Shown: positions 25,991 through 38,914 of the stretch, piece after piece
Layout of the letters: each line of letters opens with the position of its first letter
Position numbering within the stretch: position 1 is the first letter of the stretch
Source: Camelus dromedarius
Taxonomy: Eukaryota
Reading direction: 5' to 3'
DNA length: 64,000 nucleotides
Assembly: GCF_036321535.1 (NCBI RefSeq)
Contig: NC_087437.1
Coordinates: 67,644,001-67,708,000 of the forward strand
Notes under the pieces: model-generated
Databases searched by the model: none
What the model was told of the DNA's origin: nothing
What the model saw: the letters and a program-made list of their open reading frames with translations, nothing else
Program-made: the position numbers and the translations under genes

Positions 25991-26309
25991 AGCTCTGTGT
26001 CAGTGATTGCTGTTGTGGTTGCAGTGGTTACCAGATCAGCCCCAGATTAAATGTGGTTTGACTTTCTTGAGCTTCTTGCCTTCAAGTTCATTGTTTTCCC
26101 CTCCCTTCATAAGTTTTCTGTCCAGCTGTTTTCCAGTTGATTAGGGTATGCCCTCCCCTCCCACAACACCTACTATTATTTGCTGTCCTGTGCAGCTGTC
26201 TGTTATAAAAGGAGCTGATGAACAAAGTCAGGCTAAGGTGCAAAGAAATGATTCTGATTTTTCAATGTTAAATCTCCCTCGTCCAAGAAGTATTTAGCCA
26301 CAGAGAACT

Positions 26310-26470
26310 GAAGGTCAGAACTGAAAGGACCATGTAAACATCAGATAATTCCACCTCTTTTTATAAATGAGAAAAATCTAAGCCTAGAGTTGAAGAGCCA
26401 TGCCTAAGGACACAGAATCAGTTGGTAGAAGAGCCGTTTCTAATGGCTAATTCTCCTGATTCACTCTCCA
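26310..26470 (-). mobile_element. MIR3-like fragment
   Basis: agaactgaaaggacc...ttttataaatgagaaaaatctaagcctagag...tgcctaaggacacag. Confidence 0.65.
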
Positions 26471-26632
26471 GTGGGATTTTACTTGAAGGAAGGGGACATC
26501 TGGGGAAAATGGTCTGGGGTGAATGCTTCTAAAGTTGCTTTTCTTCAGAAAGCCAAGTCACTGGCATATTGCACAGAAAGGAGACCTTAAAACACCCGAA
26601 ACCGATACGAATTTTCACTGAATCTTTTAAGG

Positions 26633-26815
26633 CAGGGTTTCTCAACCTCAGCATCATTGACATTTAGACTGGCTAGTGTTTTGTTGAGAAGAGCTGTCCT
26701 ATGCGTTGTAGGATGTTTAGCAGCATCCCTGGCCTCTACCCACTAGAAAGCAGTAACACCTTCTCCAGATTTGACAACAAGAAATGTCTCCAGAGATTGC
26801 CAGATTCCCTGGGGA
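26633..26815 (-). mobile_element. MER20 hAT-Charlie MITE
   Basis: cagggtttctcaacctcagca...ttgtaggatgtttagcagcatccctggcctctacccactaga...aatgtctccagagattgcca closely matches reversed MER20. Confidence 0.93.
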
Positions 26816-26849
26816 ACTTACTGATCTGGGTCAACCTACCAGTCAAGCT

Positions 26850-27450
26850 ATTCAGATCAGCAGAAACTGTGACCAAAGTTCAGAGAACTCTAGAATGGGC
26901 AGCAGAAGAGAGGGATGATGGTGATCAGTTATGGCTTCAGGACCAGCTACAGCACTGGAGCTGTAATTTGTCCTGCTCATTTTTCTCTTGTAATATTTCC
27001 ATAAAGCAGAATCCTGAAGAAGCTCTGACTATATAGGATGACCCCACTGTGATAAACAACTGAATCTCAGTGGTGCAGGGTAGGGAGGACCACGGTGGAT
27101 GGATAGATGCCCCATTCAGATCCCCTTTATTGGCTGGTATACCCATCCCCAGCCTGCTGTGATTGGCTGGTAGCTATTTACAGCTGCTAGAGGATTGCTC
27201 TCAGCTCCATGTAAGCCACTTCCATCCCATTCCCCTTGGGACAGACTTCAGCCAGTAACTAAGTGACACAAGTACAAAAGGTCAGCCCCCCCTTAACTCA
27301 AGGCGAGATTATGTGGTGGCGTTTCCGTGTCAGAACTTCTTTGTGGGACCTAGGTGAAGCAAGTCTCAACCGAGACCATGGTCTCACATAGCCTTTTCTA
27401 CTCTGCCTTAGTTTTTTCATTGCTCTTTTCTTGAGTGCACCCTCCAAAAA
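26850..27450 (+). mobile_element. HERV16-like internal 3' end, PPT and LTR16-like LTR
   Basis: ctagaatgggcagcagaagagagggatgatggtgatcagtt...gaccagctacagc, then purine tract gcagggtagggaggac, then LTR16-like cagatcccct...cagccagtaactaagtgacac...aaaaggtcagcccccc. Confidence 0.75.
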
Positions 27451-27479
27451 GAATGTATATGAATACATATTAGTATCTA

Positions 27480-28490
27480 AATATGTACTTTTTTCTGATT
27501 TTTTGTTATTCTCATGTAAGTTTGATATTTTGTTTTTATGAGGATTTTGTCCATTTCACATATGTTTTCACATCCTTTGGTATAAAATTATTCAAATTTC
27601 CTCTTATCTTTCTAGTAGCTAATGCATGTACTTGTGATCACCCCTTTTCATTCTTTGTATTAGCCATTTGTATACTGTTTTGTGTTGTTAGGGTTATATA
27701 AATTTTCAGTCATTTTAAAGAATAAACATTGGACATTATTGCTTTTCTCTTTGATTTTTTATTTAATGCATTTCAGTTCTTATTTCCTTTTTTTCAATTT
27801 TACTTAGGATTTTTAAAATATTCTTTCTTTAACTCCTTGAAATGGATACTTAGCTCATTGATTTTCAGTTTTTCTTGTTTTCTAACATATGCTTTTCTTA
27901 GTCTTAGTGGGTTTTTAAAAAGTGATTTTTAAAACTTTGAGCATTTAGGAATTTCCTAGTTGTATTTATGTTATTCATATCTGATTTAATTCCATTATGA
28001 TCAGATAATACAATTGGTATGACTAGTTCTTTGACGTTTATTGAGGTTTTTTTGAGATCTGTTGAATGGTAACCTAGTATATTGCCCAATTTTGTTAAAT
28101 GTTTTAGGTGTACTTCAAAATAACCTATCTTCTACATTTGATCAGTATATTAGGTCAAATTAAATTCACTTGTTTAAATTAAATCCAATGTGCCATGGTG
28201 TTATCAGATCTTTATCTTTACTTATATTTTGTCTGCTTATTCTGTCAGTTAGTTATCTATAGTGGTTGTGGGTTTGTACATTTCTCTTTTTAGGTCTGTG
28301 AGTTTTGGCATTATATATGTTGAGACTATGTTATTAGATGCATACACATTTATAATTGTTGAATATTCCCAGTGAATTTACTCTTTTACCTTTAAGAAAT
28401 ATGACTTTTTTTGTCTATTATTGCCTTCAGTTCTACTTTGTAGAACATTTTTATAGCTTTGGCTGTTTTATCTTGATTCACATATGAATG
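27480..28490 (-). mobile_element. Old L1 ORF2 (endonuclease region) fragment
   Basis: T-rich antisense L1; ORF 27904-28089 contains SDHNGIK, an L1 EN motif. Confidence 0.85.
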
Positions 28491-28539
28491 TTTTACAATT
28501 AAACAAATTTAAAGGGGTGGAGTGGAAAAGGAAAATGCT

Positions 28540-28945
28540 CTTTTTTACAAAAGGATTCTACTACTAAATTCAGTAGAAACAATAGGAATAGAAAAATCAC
28601 CACTTTATAAACAGACGGGTAATAACTGAATAAAGCAAGAATCATCAATGGATGCTAAAATCATTGAGTGAAATGTTGTTGGGGAACAAGATACTTACAG
28701 AGTTTCCAGCTATTACCCTCACATTAGTTATTAATTGTGAAGTAGAGAGGTTCTCTTACATTGGAAAAATGTAGTGGGCACCACCTTAACCAAATAATTA
28801 AACTTGTCACTAATAATTGTGTAGCCTGACATCATGTGCCTATTAATGTGATGTACTAGATGTGCACACAGTAACGCCTATGTAATATTTCTTAAAAGAT
28901 TTTTAAACTAAATATAATCATGAGGAAATGATCAACCAAATGTTT
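28540..28945 (+). mobile_element. L1MC4/ME-like 3'UTR fragment
   Basis: gaatagaaaaatcacc...aagaatcatcaatggatgctaaaa...caccaccttaaccaaataattaaactt...tgacatcatgtgcc. Confidence 0.75.
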
Positions 28946-31339
28946 AGTGCTGTTTTATTCTAAACTAATTATCCGTTGTACATGTTTTTGTAGGTGAGAT
29001 ATAGTCCATAATAATGTATAAAATTCAGGAATTCCATGAAATTTTTGAGAATGTAGCAATTTAAATAGAATATGTGACTTACGGGGTTTATCAAGAGCCA
29101 TTTTTTAAAAAAAGTGCTCATATTCTGCATTTTTCCTGACCCTACCCTGGCAAAGACATTGTTTAGATGGAGACTGACTGGGACAAAGAGTAGGAGAAGA
29201 GAAGAAAATGAAGGAGTCACCTTTCTTTCCCTTCAACTCTTTGTGGCAATATCCACTTGGACAAATATTCTTTGGAAATGGCTCTTTCTCCTGTGTATGG
29301 ACTTGGAGTCATTTCTTCCCTGTCCTACCAAATCCAGGCCTGATTTATGTAGCCAGCTTTTCTGTCCTTTGTATGTGACCCTGAGGGAGCAATGGGACTT
29401 GAGTCACATCACAAATGTCCTTGGGTTTTACTATAAAATGTCACTAAAGAGCCTTTTACTTTTTATTGATTAACTTTTTCCCCACTTAAATAATTGACTA
29501 TAGAAGAAATTAGTTAATTCAGGTACTTTCTTAAATTCTGCATGAAGGAAATATTACAGAAAATTTCTTATTTGGAAATCTGTATTTAGACCATAAAATT
29601 TAAAAGAAAGCAGTGTTAATAAAGTTAAATCATTTCTTATTAATGCAAGTAGGTTTTTATATGCTAGTTAAAAGATCCAAGGGTAGATTAACTTGTGGGA
29701 TTTGTTTGACTCTTTAGTTTATTGTGTTCTCTATCATTAAAGGAAGTTTATCTCTGTTATTTGAGAATGAATTTCACTTTGCTTTCAAATTTCTTTCACA
29801 AACAGTGAAAATGGAAGAATAATTAACTCTTAGGTACTTAAACTACCAGATCTAAATTTAAGAGTACTGTAGGAAGAGGGATATTGGTTCTTCAGAACAC
29901 AAAGTCTTACCGTGAACAGCAATTCTCAGCTCCAGAATTGGCACTGCAGTTTCTAGGAAAGGATTTTCTAACATTTCTTATTCCTGCATTCAGATAGTCT
30001 TAGAGATGCTTTCACCATATCTGCCAATGGTAAGACCTCCTTCAGTTTAATCAAGAATAGTTTATCTTGCACTTTTAGAAGCATATCAAATGTGAAAGAA
30101 TAATCATTAAGCCTTTTATTTTGATGAAGTCTTCAGAGATTTGTGGGGAAAGGCAACATGCAGTACTTTGTAAATGTCAGATCTCTTTACAGAAATGCGA
30201 AGGAGGTACTGCAGGCTGTCATCTGTTCCTCATGCTGCCTACTGACCCTCATTGGGAGCTACCAATTCCCAAAGATTCTGTGGCCACTAAAATAAATAGC
30301 TCTCTCAGGCACAAAGCAAAATGTTAGACAACTCACAGCAGAACAGAACCCACCTTAATTATACTATGCAATGTATTTCACAAAGAAATAGAGATCTGAA
30401 GGGTTAGACATTGAAGGACAGTTCCAGCTGGCAGGCAATGAAGGAGAATATTTCAAAATGACTGTGGCAAATGACCTAAAAAGCATAGGAAGTAAAAATG
30501 GGTAAGTAGGTTTCAGGCATGTGAAAAGAGAAAAATGATGATGCAGTTTTTGGAGTGCAAGAGAACAAATGTATGTGAGTGTTAAAAGTAAAATTCTGAT
30601 TGTGCTGCGTTCAGGTACATTTGAGTAGCTTAGAGGATGGGTCTCAAAACAGAGTGATATGGCAGTTGTGGCTGTGTCTCCACCAGCAACTGCCTTTTCT
30701 TCTGGATTGTCTTCTGGGGATATAGAACCCAATCCTAGGCAAAAAGCTCCCCACTCTCCTTCCTCAGAATTGCTGTTAGTAATAGGCTATTTCACTAACA
30801 AAATGTCCCGCTTTGCATGACAACGTAGATGGCCACTCAGGAGGTAGATCCAACTATGCGTTTATGGCAGAGTGAACAAAGTCATTTTAGTTTCCCAAAG
30901 TGGAATAAGTAGCTATGAGGCTTACTGGATATACTGATATTAGGTAAGTTATCTAAGTGCAATGAACTCCAGTTTTGCCACTTCTAATTATTACCCTCAT
31001 CAAAAAATTTAACTTGTGGATCCAGATTGTAATCAGCAGCAGAAAAGTTTGCATTGTGCCAGCTTTGTAGGTCATGGTGTCTTTTTTATTAGTCATATTT
31101 CTTGAGTTTTGTACTTGCTAATTGAATTATTGCATTTAAAAACCCTAAATACCATATTAACCTCAAGTCTTCTCCCTTGATTTAGTCTTTTCTTGATTTG
31201 ATCAATTTATTATCGATAGTTTTTTCAACTCTAGTAACTCCAAAGCAACTATTCATACTTAGTCCTTCTTCCTGCAAAGTCCAGTAATTACTCTCTTTTT
31301 TCATGAACTACCTCCATTAGTTTTATTCACCTTTGCATT

Positions 31340-31640
31340 CTTAGAATTGTAAGGTCTCAAATCTCAGAAGTAGTTCAGATTAGCCTCTAGTCCAGTGTAT
31401 GAAAGTCCTCATAATCATCTCTTTTAATTGGTTCTCTAATCTCTGCATGACTGGAACTTTTAGCCCTTTCCACTCTTAAATAGATCTGACTGCTAGAATC
31501 TTCGGTCTTACATTAAACCAAAGGAGATGGCTTGATGCGGTTCAGTCATTACTTTTCTGGGGGTCAGGAGATACTGATCTGTCATTTTTAAATGTGTGAC
31601 CTTGAAAAAGGTACTGAATACCTATGTCTGAGCCTTTACT
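31340..31640. mobile_element. CR1/L3-like remnant followed by a MIR remnant
   Basis: ctgactgctagaatcttcggtcttacattaaaccaaa (L3-like) and tgtgtgaccttgaaaaaggtactgaa...tctgagcct (MIR). Confidence 0.45.
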
Positions 31641-31711
31641 GAAAGTTTATTTTATTTTAATTTTTATCACTATTTTTCAAATTTTAGACTCTGTATATTG
31701 ATCTTTCAGTG

Positions 31712-31898
31712 CAGTGTTTTTCAGAATGTGGCCCCTGAACCAGTCATAGGGTCAGCATCACCTAGAAACTAGTTAGAAATCCTGATGGCCTACCCCCTAC
31801 AGCTACGGAAACAGAAATTTTGGAATGAGGTCCAGCAATCTGTGTTTTAGAAAGTCTTCCAGGTGATTTTAACGTGCCCTAAAGTTTGAGAACCACTG
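31712..31898 (+). mobile_element. MER5A, full length
   Basis: TIR-like ends cagtgtttttcaga...tttgagaaccactg; internal cagcatcacctagaaactagttagaaat and ccagcaatctgtgtttt. Confidence 0.92.
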
Positions 31899-32139
31899 CC
31901 TTAGTAGTTTGTAAAATGAAATCAGAGGGTTAAAACTTCCATTAAAAAAAATACTATAGACTAATGAAAAGATTGCAAAAAACTGAACTACTATGAAATT
32001 AAGAAACATGGTTTAAATAATCCTTGGATGAAGAAAGAAATAGAACACAGAAAACTCTGAAACCTCAAAATTTGAAAAAAGATAAAATTATATAAATATT
32101 TCATGTTTTAGATGTGATTATAAGTGGCCATTTTAAATT

Positions 32140-32350
32140 TAGCTCTCTGATTATTTGTGGCTATTATGTAGAAAACAGCTGTAAAATGACTTTATTTTCT
32201 GCAGTTTTGCCTAATTTACTTCTTAATATTAATAGCTATTTTAAAAATTCCTTACAGTTTCTGTGTACATGATTATGTCATCTGTGAATAAAGACAGTTT
32301 TACTTCTTTCTTCTCCTGCTTTATGCCTTGCTTTCTAATTTGGCCTAAGT
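32140..32350 (-). mobile_element. Old L1 ORF2 fragment
   Basis: gattatgtcatctgtgaataaagacagttttacttctt is the antisense of the RT 'LFTDDII' (FADD-like) motif. Confidence 0.75.
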
Positions 32351-32437
32351 CCCTTCCTAGTTTCATAGTTTTAGGACTTATTTAAACTTCCAAAGATGCA
32401 GTTATATGAAAAAAATTATGTTTGCTTCATGACATGT

Positions 32438-32946
32438 TCTAGCTATGACTCTTTCAGATTGAAATTAGAGAAATCCAGCTCAGCTAGTTCAAGTTAAAAA
32501 CATAATAAATTAAATTTACTGCTGAAAAAATTTGCAGTCCATCTGCCTTTAGGCCAAATGGTGTTTTCAGGCCTCACTCTCTCTCCACTCCTCAGATTTG
32601 CTCGGCAGGCCTTCTCCATACGGTAGCCAGTAAGACCCCCAGGGACTCCAGGCTAGCATGCGCCTTAGAGAAAGACAGCACGCCGCTTTCCTGAGAATTT
32701 AGCAAAATCCCAAGAAATGATGCATGTAGCCAGGAGATGTCACACTCTGACTGCCCATGTCTAAGTTGTCTGAGCATTCTTGGAACCAGAGGGTGAAAAA
32801 TTCAGTACAACTTGAATACTGGTCTAAGACAGGGAAAGGAATGGTTCACCAAGAGAAGATGCAGTTATTATTATCAAAAGAAAGGAGAAGCGATTCTGGG
32901 GAAGCAAAGAAACAAAGAAAAAGCAACAAAAATAGATCACCACTAA
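32438..32946 (-). mobile_element. Ancient MaLR LTR (MLT1J/K/L-like)
   Basis: tagctatgactctttcagattgaaattagagaaatccagctcagctagtt at one end; agaaaggagaagcgattctgggg...aacaaaaatagatcaccacta at the other. Confidence 0.7.
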
Positions 32947-35459
32947 ACAAATTTGTTCTGTTAAAGCAGAGTATCGCTAACTACCACCACAACACATCTC
33001 TGATTCTTAGAATCAGTAGAAGGATTTACAATACTTATTTACAATACCTGTGTTTTCTCATATGTTCTATGGAATGTGACAAAAATGTAGGTTCTTTAGA
33101 AGGATTACATCTAACTCTTTGGAGAAGAACCTTGAGACGCCAAGATTTCTTGTCTTTCTCTTTCACGTCCGCATCATATTCTAATGATCTCTGAACATTT
33201 GACATTCCTCTTGATTCCCATCTACTGCTACAGAATGCTTTTTCCATCTTTCTGCAACCTTCTACGAGGGCTTGCTACAATACACAGTAAATGTGCCCAG
33301 CTCCTCCCTGAGCTGCTGCTGCCAGGGGGATGGCAAATAATGCTACTAATTACATACATATTGCAGCATAAATTTTAAATCGATGACTCCAAGCAGAAGG
33401 GACTTTTCCTCTCAAGTGGATATAAAATATACATTCTTATCACCACAGATCACATACAAAAAATGCCTATTATGGCAAAAGAGAACACAGATGCAATTTT
33501 TTCAGTTTACATGGGAGCAGGCAGCATTTCCCTCCCGTCCTGTCTTTTGCAGAGCATACTGAAGTGGAACAAAGACTTCTGTAAAATAACTTAGGAAATA
33601 TTTAGCCTTCGAATTTTATGTTTTAAGTATAGAAGAGATAACTGGTAACTGGAGCTCCTAATTAAGGAATGAACCACTTCAGTCTGTCACACTGGAGAGC
33701 ATTCTAGCTGGACTATACTATTCATTTAGCTCTTCTACTTAAAGGTCATTCCCAGTTTCCTAATGCAGAGAATGGAAACCACCATCAGAAAGCATTACCC
33801 ACTCTTATTTTTTATGTTTGTAAGCAACTGCATAGTTCTCTGTTCAGTTATGGGTTCAGGCATTTTCAACAAATCTCTTGTCTCCCTAAAGCTGTGAGTT
33901 TAAAAAAAAAACTTACTGTTTCTATATATAAATATCTGGACCATACTTGATATTCAGAGAAGAGATTCTAGTGTTCTGAGTAGGCAAAACCAGAAAAACA
34001 GCATTATTTTCAGCATGCCTTCAGAGATTATTTCTTCTGAGTTACTTCTGAATGATTCAATCTCTCAAAGAACTCAGAGCCTAGGGAGGTATTTCTTTAC
34101 AGCATCAACAGTGGAGTACAGTGGGATGTACCCCAGTGCTTCATTCTTCCCAAATTTCTTCCACATTTTAATCAATTTTTTTTCCCTCAAGTAAGCCAAA
34201 TAAAACACAATGAAAAATAAATAAGTAAAAATAAGGGTAACAGCAGCTCATGCTCAGAAATGGAGGGTCAATGCAAATTCAGATCCCTTAGCTGGATGGA
34301 TGACCTCATTACTAAGAGTAGCTGACCATGAGCCATGAATTTTAACCTTGCAGATATGTCTTTACTTTGAATTCCATGCAAGACAAATTGAGTTATCTCT
34401 GTCACCTTGAGAAGAATCTCTATTTCTATGTCAGAGTGTAAAGAAGGAAAATGAAGCAAATCTTTGCCATTAGTTCATTATGACCCTGGCTGAGAAATAG
34501 TTTGAAAAAGAATTGGTTAATTTTCATTGGAATTAACATGAGCAATCTTTTGTAAGGGTCCATGATTTTATGAGAGTTTAAAAAATTATCTGGTCTCTTA
34601 GGATACCTTATGCTCTCTTCCCTCTCTTATTTTACACTCAGATTCTAAGGGCTTAACTTTCTCATCAACATGAACAAGAGCTTCAGGGACTTAAGTGCTC
34701 TCACCATGAGGATAGACAGAGTCATGGACTGTGAAATAATCTTGCTTCCTCTAGATAGCTTTGGGTAATTTATGGGACAAATTTTTTCTCTTATCCCTTA
34801 TTTTAACATTTATTTTCCCCAGTCATTTCTATAAGCCATTTAAAATTATATTTTTTAAAATAAAGAAGGTAAAAATGTCTAAAGGCACTTGATAATTTTG
34901 AGTCAAAGTTTCCCCAATATGTAAAATTGAGATGCATGAATATCTGACTTACTAACAAGATGGTATAAGGGCATTGTAAACCATTTGCTTGGAGCTTAGA
35001 ATATCTTTTCTTTATGTCATGGTGGTGCTTTAGTTCCAAAACCAGTATATAAAATCATCTTTAACCTTTGATTTATCTGAAATATAACTACAAAACTGAG
35101 CTTTATATGTAAAAATGTTTTCTGAGGAAAAACAATTCCTTAACTTCCATTTTAAGGTGGCGGGAACACTTCTCATCCACAATGCAATGGAAATGACTCA
35201 CTCCTTTTTCCTGATCATCTATTTGGTGGGTAGTATAATCAGAGGAGTCTACCAAGAAGAAATTATAAGTCGAGTTTGTGACTGCAATAAATATACTAAC
35301 AGAATGAAAATCAACAATTTTTCCTGGAAAACTCTGCCAGGTGCTTCTCAAATACAAATTCACCTGAGTCTGGCTCTTGTTTCAAAATTTCCAATCTGTG
35401 GAAGGGGCTGGTGGGCAGGGAAGCACTGGGAACTTCGTGCTTACCCCAGTGGTAGTATT

Positions 35460-35612
35460 TATAACACTGTATTTAATTGCTTGTTTAGTTATCTCTCTCT
35501 CTTAGTATACTGAGCATTTTAGGTCAAGATTGTATTCAGTTCACAATGGTATCCACAGTTCCAACAACAATAACTAGCAAATAGAAATGCAAAATAAATA
35601 TTGGTTAATCAA
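35460..35612 (+). mobile_element. L2 3' end
   Basis: cactgtatttaattgcttgttt...actgagc...gtatccacagttcc...aataaatattggttaat. Confidence 0.65.
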
Positions 35613-36220
35613 AGATCTGGGAACAGAGAGAGACATAAATAGGACGGTGGGCATGAAAGCTGGAGATTTTCCATCATAGAGGCTCATAAAGCCCAAGACC
35701 TGCAAAGGTCCATGGTGGTTTATAGGGAATTAATTTGTCCTTAGCTATGTACCTGGATGTCCCCCTCTCCCTTCTGTGACCACCCCTGCTTGTCTTTATA
35801 ACTTGTCCTCACTCTGTTCTGCTGGGAAGGAAAGCAGAAGTTTACCGTTCAAGTTTCTGTGCCTAAAGCAACCACAGAGACATCCTGAGATTTTTTTAAA
35901 GAGACTTTCCTAATAGTAACAATGAGGAAATGTGTAAGTAGTAGAGCTTTATGTTGTATGTTTATTGTCTAGGGCTTATATTTAGGTTATAAACAGCAAG
36001 ACTATTCTGCACATCCCCGCTGACTCTTTCTATCCACACACACAAAGAAACCAACCAACAAACAAACAAAAAAACAACTGATGGAGAATTTATTCGCATT
36101 TCAGTGAGGAAACTTGACTAGCCTTTCTGAGTATTTTGTTGTAGGAATTGGACTAAATAGGGAGATGAGAAGTGAAGTTAGGACCCAGATACAAATAGAC
36201 TAGTGTTCCCTAATTTAAGT

Positions 36221-36223
<3 letters not shown>

Positions 36224-36267
<44 letters not shown>

Positions 36268-36280
36268 CGCGCGTGTGCGT
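36224..36280 (+). repeat. (TG)17 followed by a CG-rich alternating tract
   Basis: Read directly: (tg)17 cgcgcgcgtgcgcgcgtgtgcgt. Confidence 0.95.
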
Positions 36281-37644
36281 TTAAATAGGCAAGGACTGTG
36301 GAAAATGAAAGAAATGATCATATTACTAGACCCTCTTACTTCTCACCCACCCTGTTTCAAGTTTGCTACCAGAGATCCCACCCTAGATTTACCTTTGTGT
36401 GAGGAGATGTTGCTTGGTCTTAGTAAAAGGAGAAAAAGAGGAAACAGAATAAAATCTCAACTGGCAGTAGGGAGGAAAGAGAATTGCCTATGATTTCCAG
36501 GGGATCAAGCACATGTAAAGGACACAGATGCAACCCACACAAGAAAGATCAACATTTAAGGATAAGCTTCCTGTAATATATTTGGTTAGGAGGGTTTGTA
36601 TCAAATCTTCGTGCCATCATCACTGAGAAGCTGCTCCTCCCTGTTGTTGCCAGATCTGCCTTGACACATTCAGTCTCTTCCAAGTTGATCATCACCTAAT
36701 GATCTTGAATTACACATTTCCTTGATAAAATGGTGCTCCATTTATATCGATGTCTGGGAAGGGATGAATGAGAGGCATTGTATCACACTTTTACTGCTTT
36801 ATATTACTGTTTCCTCATATCACGTAACAAATCTGTATCAATATGTCAGTATTTTCTAAAAGAGTTGGGATTAATTAAAAGAGTTACAGTAGTGAGTTTA
36901 CATTATCACATCACAAAAACTTTATTTGTGTATTTGATGTGTCTGTTCATAAAAACTTATACCACCAAGAGGCTGTAATTGGTCCAGCTTAGGTCAGCTG
37001 TCCACCAGACCATTCACCTGGGGCCAATAGTGCAGAGCACTTTGGTTCAGCCATCACATCCCACACTCCCTTCCTTGAACACTCAGCTATGTGCAGGTAG
37101 TGGATTCATTTAGAACTTGGTCGCTTCCTCTTGGTTACTATATCACTACATCTCAAAACAGTCCTTGGCATACAGAAGGTGCCTAGTATGAATGAACTTG
37201 GTAGCTTCCTATGGAACTAAATGTTTAAAACAGGGTCTGAAAGAAGAGGGATTCTGTTTTCAGAAGAAGATGGTGGTATTGGGTAGACAATACATATGCT
37301 AAGAAAAAACAAAAAAACCAACCTCCCCCCCCCCCCAACCAATCCAAAACAAAATAAAACTTCTACCATCAAGCCAAAGGGATTTCCCTCTAATTACTCA
37401 TCTCCCCAGGCTCCAGACTCTGGCTTTCTAACCCATTATTCAACCTTCTCTTGTTCTCTCTTTCTCCTGCTATACCCCCCCAATTTTTATTACCTTACTA
37501 GTTTAATTATCTCTTTTCTCTTGCTAGACAATGCTCCTAACATTTCACTCCTTGCATTTAATACAAATGAGCAAGACAGTTTCTTAGATTAAAACCAGAG
37601 AAACTCTGGTACCTGTTGTTCAAATAATTAATAAGAGAAAGATT

Positions 37645-38420
37645 TTCTCATTAACATATTTATCAGGCATTACTGAACTCTGACTTAGTGCCAGGCTGGA
37701 CTCTTAATACAAAGATAAAGATAACATTAAGACTGACATAAATTATAAACTAAGAAGGAGACAAAATAAAAACAATTAATTGGCATGTGATATGCTGGTG
37801 ATAGAAATGTCCACTGGGCTTTATGTGCATACTGAGGAACTTGGCAGTAAGCATCTGTAAGCATCTGGTTGGCTTCCTAGGGTGGGTGACAACTGAGTTA
37901 AGTCTAGAAGTGAATTAAGACTTATCCAGAGGAAGGAGATGGTTGGTTTTGGTATGGATGGGAAAAAATACTCCAGAGAGGTTCAATACATGAAGGGGAG
38001 AAATAGCATGACCAGGATGAGTACAGCAGTTTATTGTCACTGAAATATAATTTGAGAGGAAAGGACTGATGGGAAAAGAAACCCTAGTCATAGGTAGAGA
38101 TCAGCTCATGGAGCACCTGGGATGTCACACTGCATAGCTTGATCGTTATACTGTAGGTATTTGAAGGAGGGGTCTGAACAGATGCCTTGGGTGGCAGAGT
38201 TGGATATGGACTTGAAGGAAAAAGGGATAGCAGTCAAGAGAAGTGTTCAGTTCTTAAGTCCAGGAAGTGATGGCAAGGATGGAGCTAGTAGGAGTTGGAT
38301 TGGTTTATTATTTAAATGATAAAATCTACAGTTTAGTGGCTAGATTTGTTGAACCAAGGGAGAGGTTATCTAAAAAGGGTCACCTATGATAGTGACTGAC
38401 AGTGGATGTTATAGGGATGG
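37645..38420 (-). mobile_element. L2a-like fragment
   Basis: attaacatattt...gtgccaggc...ggcttcctagggtgggtgacaactgagttaagtctagaag...aagtccaggaagtgatgg. Confidence 0.75.
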
Positions 38421-38559
38421 AGGAGATAACTTCCTTTCAGATCCTTGGAAGAAATTTCATTATTATCACCCATTAAGATGCAGATCCATTTTCTTGCTGA
38501 GAAAACTTAGCAACTGTCCTTTTAAAAATATGTTTGCAGTGATGGTTTTGGAATCTGCC

Positions 38560-38900
38560 CAGGGCAAAATCGTGTGCTTGATATATTGGCCAGTATTTAA
38601 CATGGAATACATCAATATTTCCAATCACAATAAATATAGTATAAAGACAAGTTCAGTGCTTATCTTAATTGGCTAACAGATAATCAGGCTCATGGCGCCG
38701 TTTAATCCATTAGCATTAACAAGATAGAGGTAGGTTTTATCAATACTGACACTTGTTCAGATCCCTAGGTCCAGAAAAATAAGAATTTACAATCACAACC
38801 AACACTTCTCCATTAACAGCAGTGTGTTAACCCGAATTGTTTCAAACTTTAAAATTCTGTTATATCACACTGTAAAATTTGCTGCCAACACTTCACTATG
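38560..38900. repeat. MER121-like ancient conserved repeat
   Basis: aaaatcgtgtgcttgatatattggccagtatttaacatggaa...taacagataatcaggctcatggcgccgtttaatccattagcattaacaagata...tcaatactgacacttgttcagatccc...cttctccattaacagcagtg matches my recollection of the MER121 consensus. Internal inverted symmetry is visible. Confidence 0.75.
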
Positions 38901-38914
38901 TCAGTAGCCTAGGA

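Noticed and set aside
29911..29952. Minus-strand 42-nt exon-like segment
   Set aside because: The pyrimidine tract is short and the peptide is unrecognised, so it cannot be told from background.
30661..30694. Hairpin ggcagttgtgg...ccagcaactgcc as a pre-miRNA
   Set aside because: The stem is only ~11 bp, too short for a pre-miRNA, and matches no miRNA I recognise.
30828..30848. CTCF-like tggccactcaggaggtag
   Set aside because: It needs a gap to fit the core and lacks the GGC end.
32757..33194. Longest ORF (145 aa)
   Set aside because: It starts inside an MLT1 LTR, has low-complexity K/S-rich composition and shows no recognisable homology.
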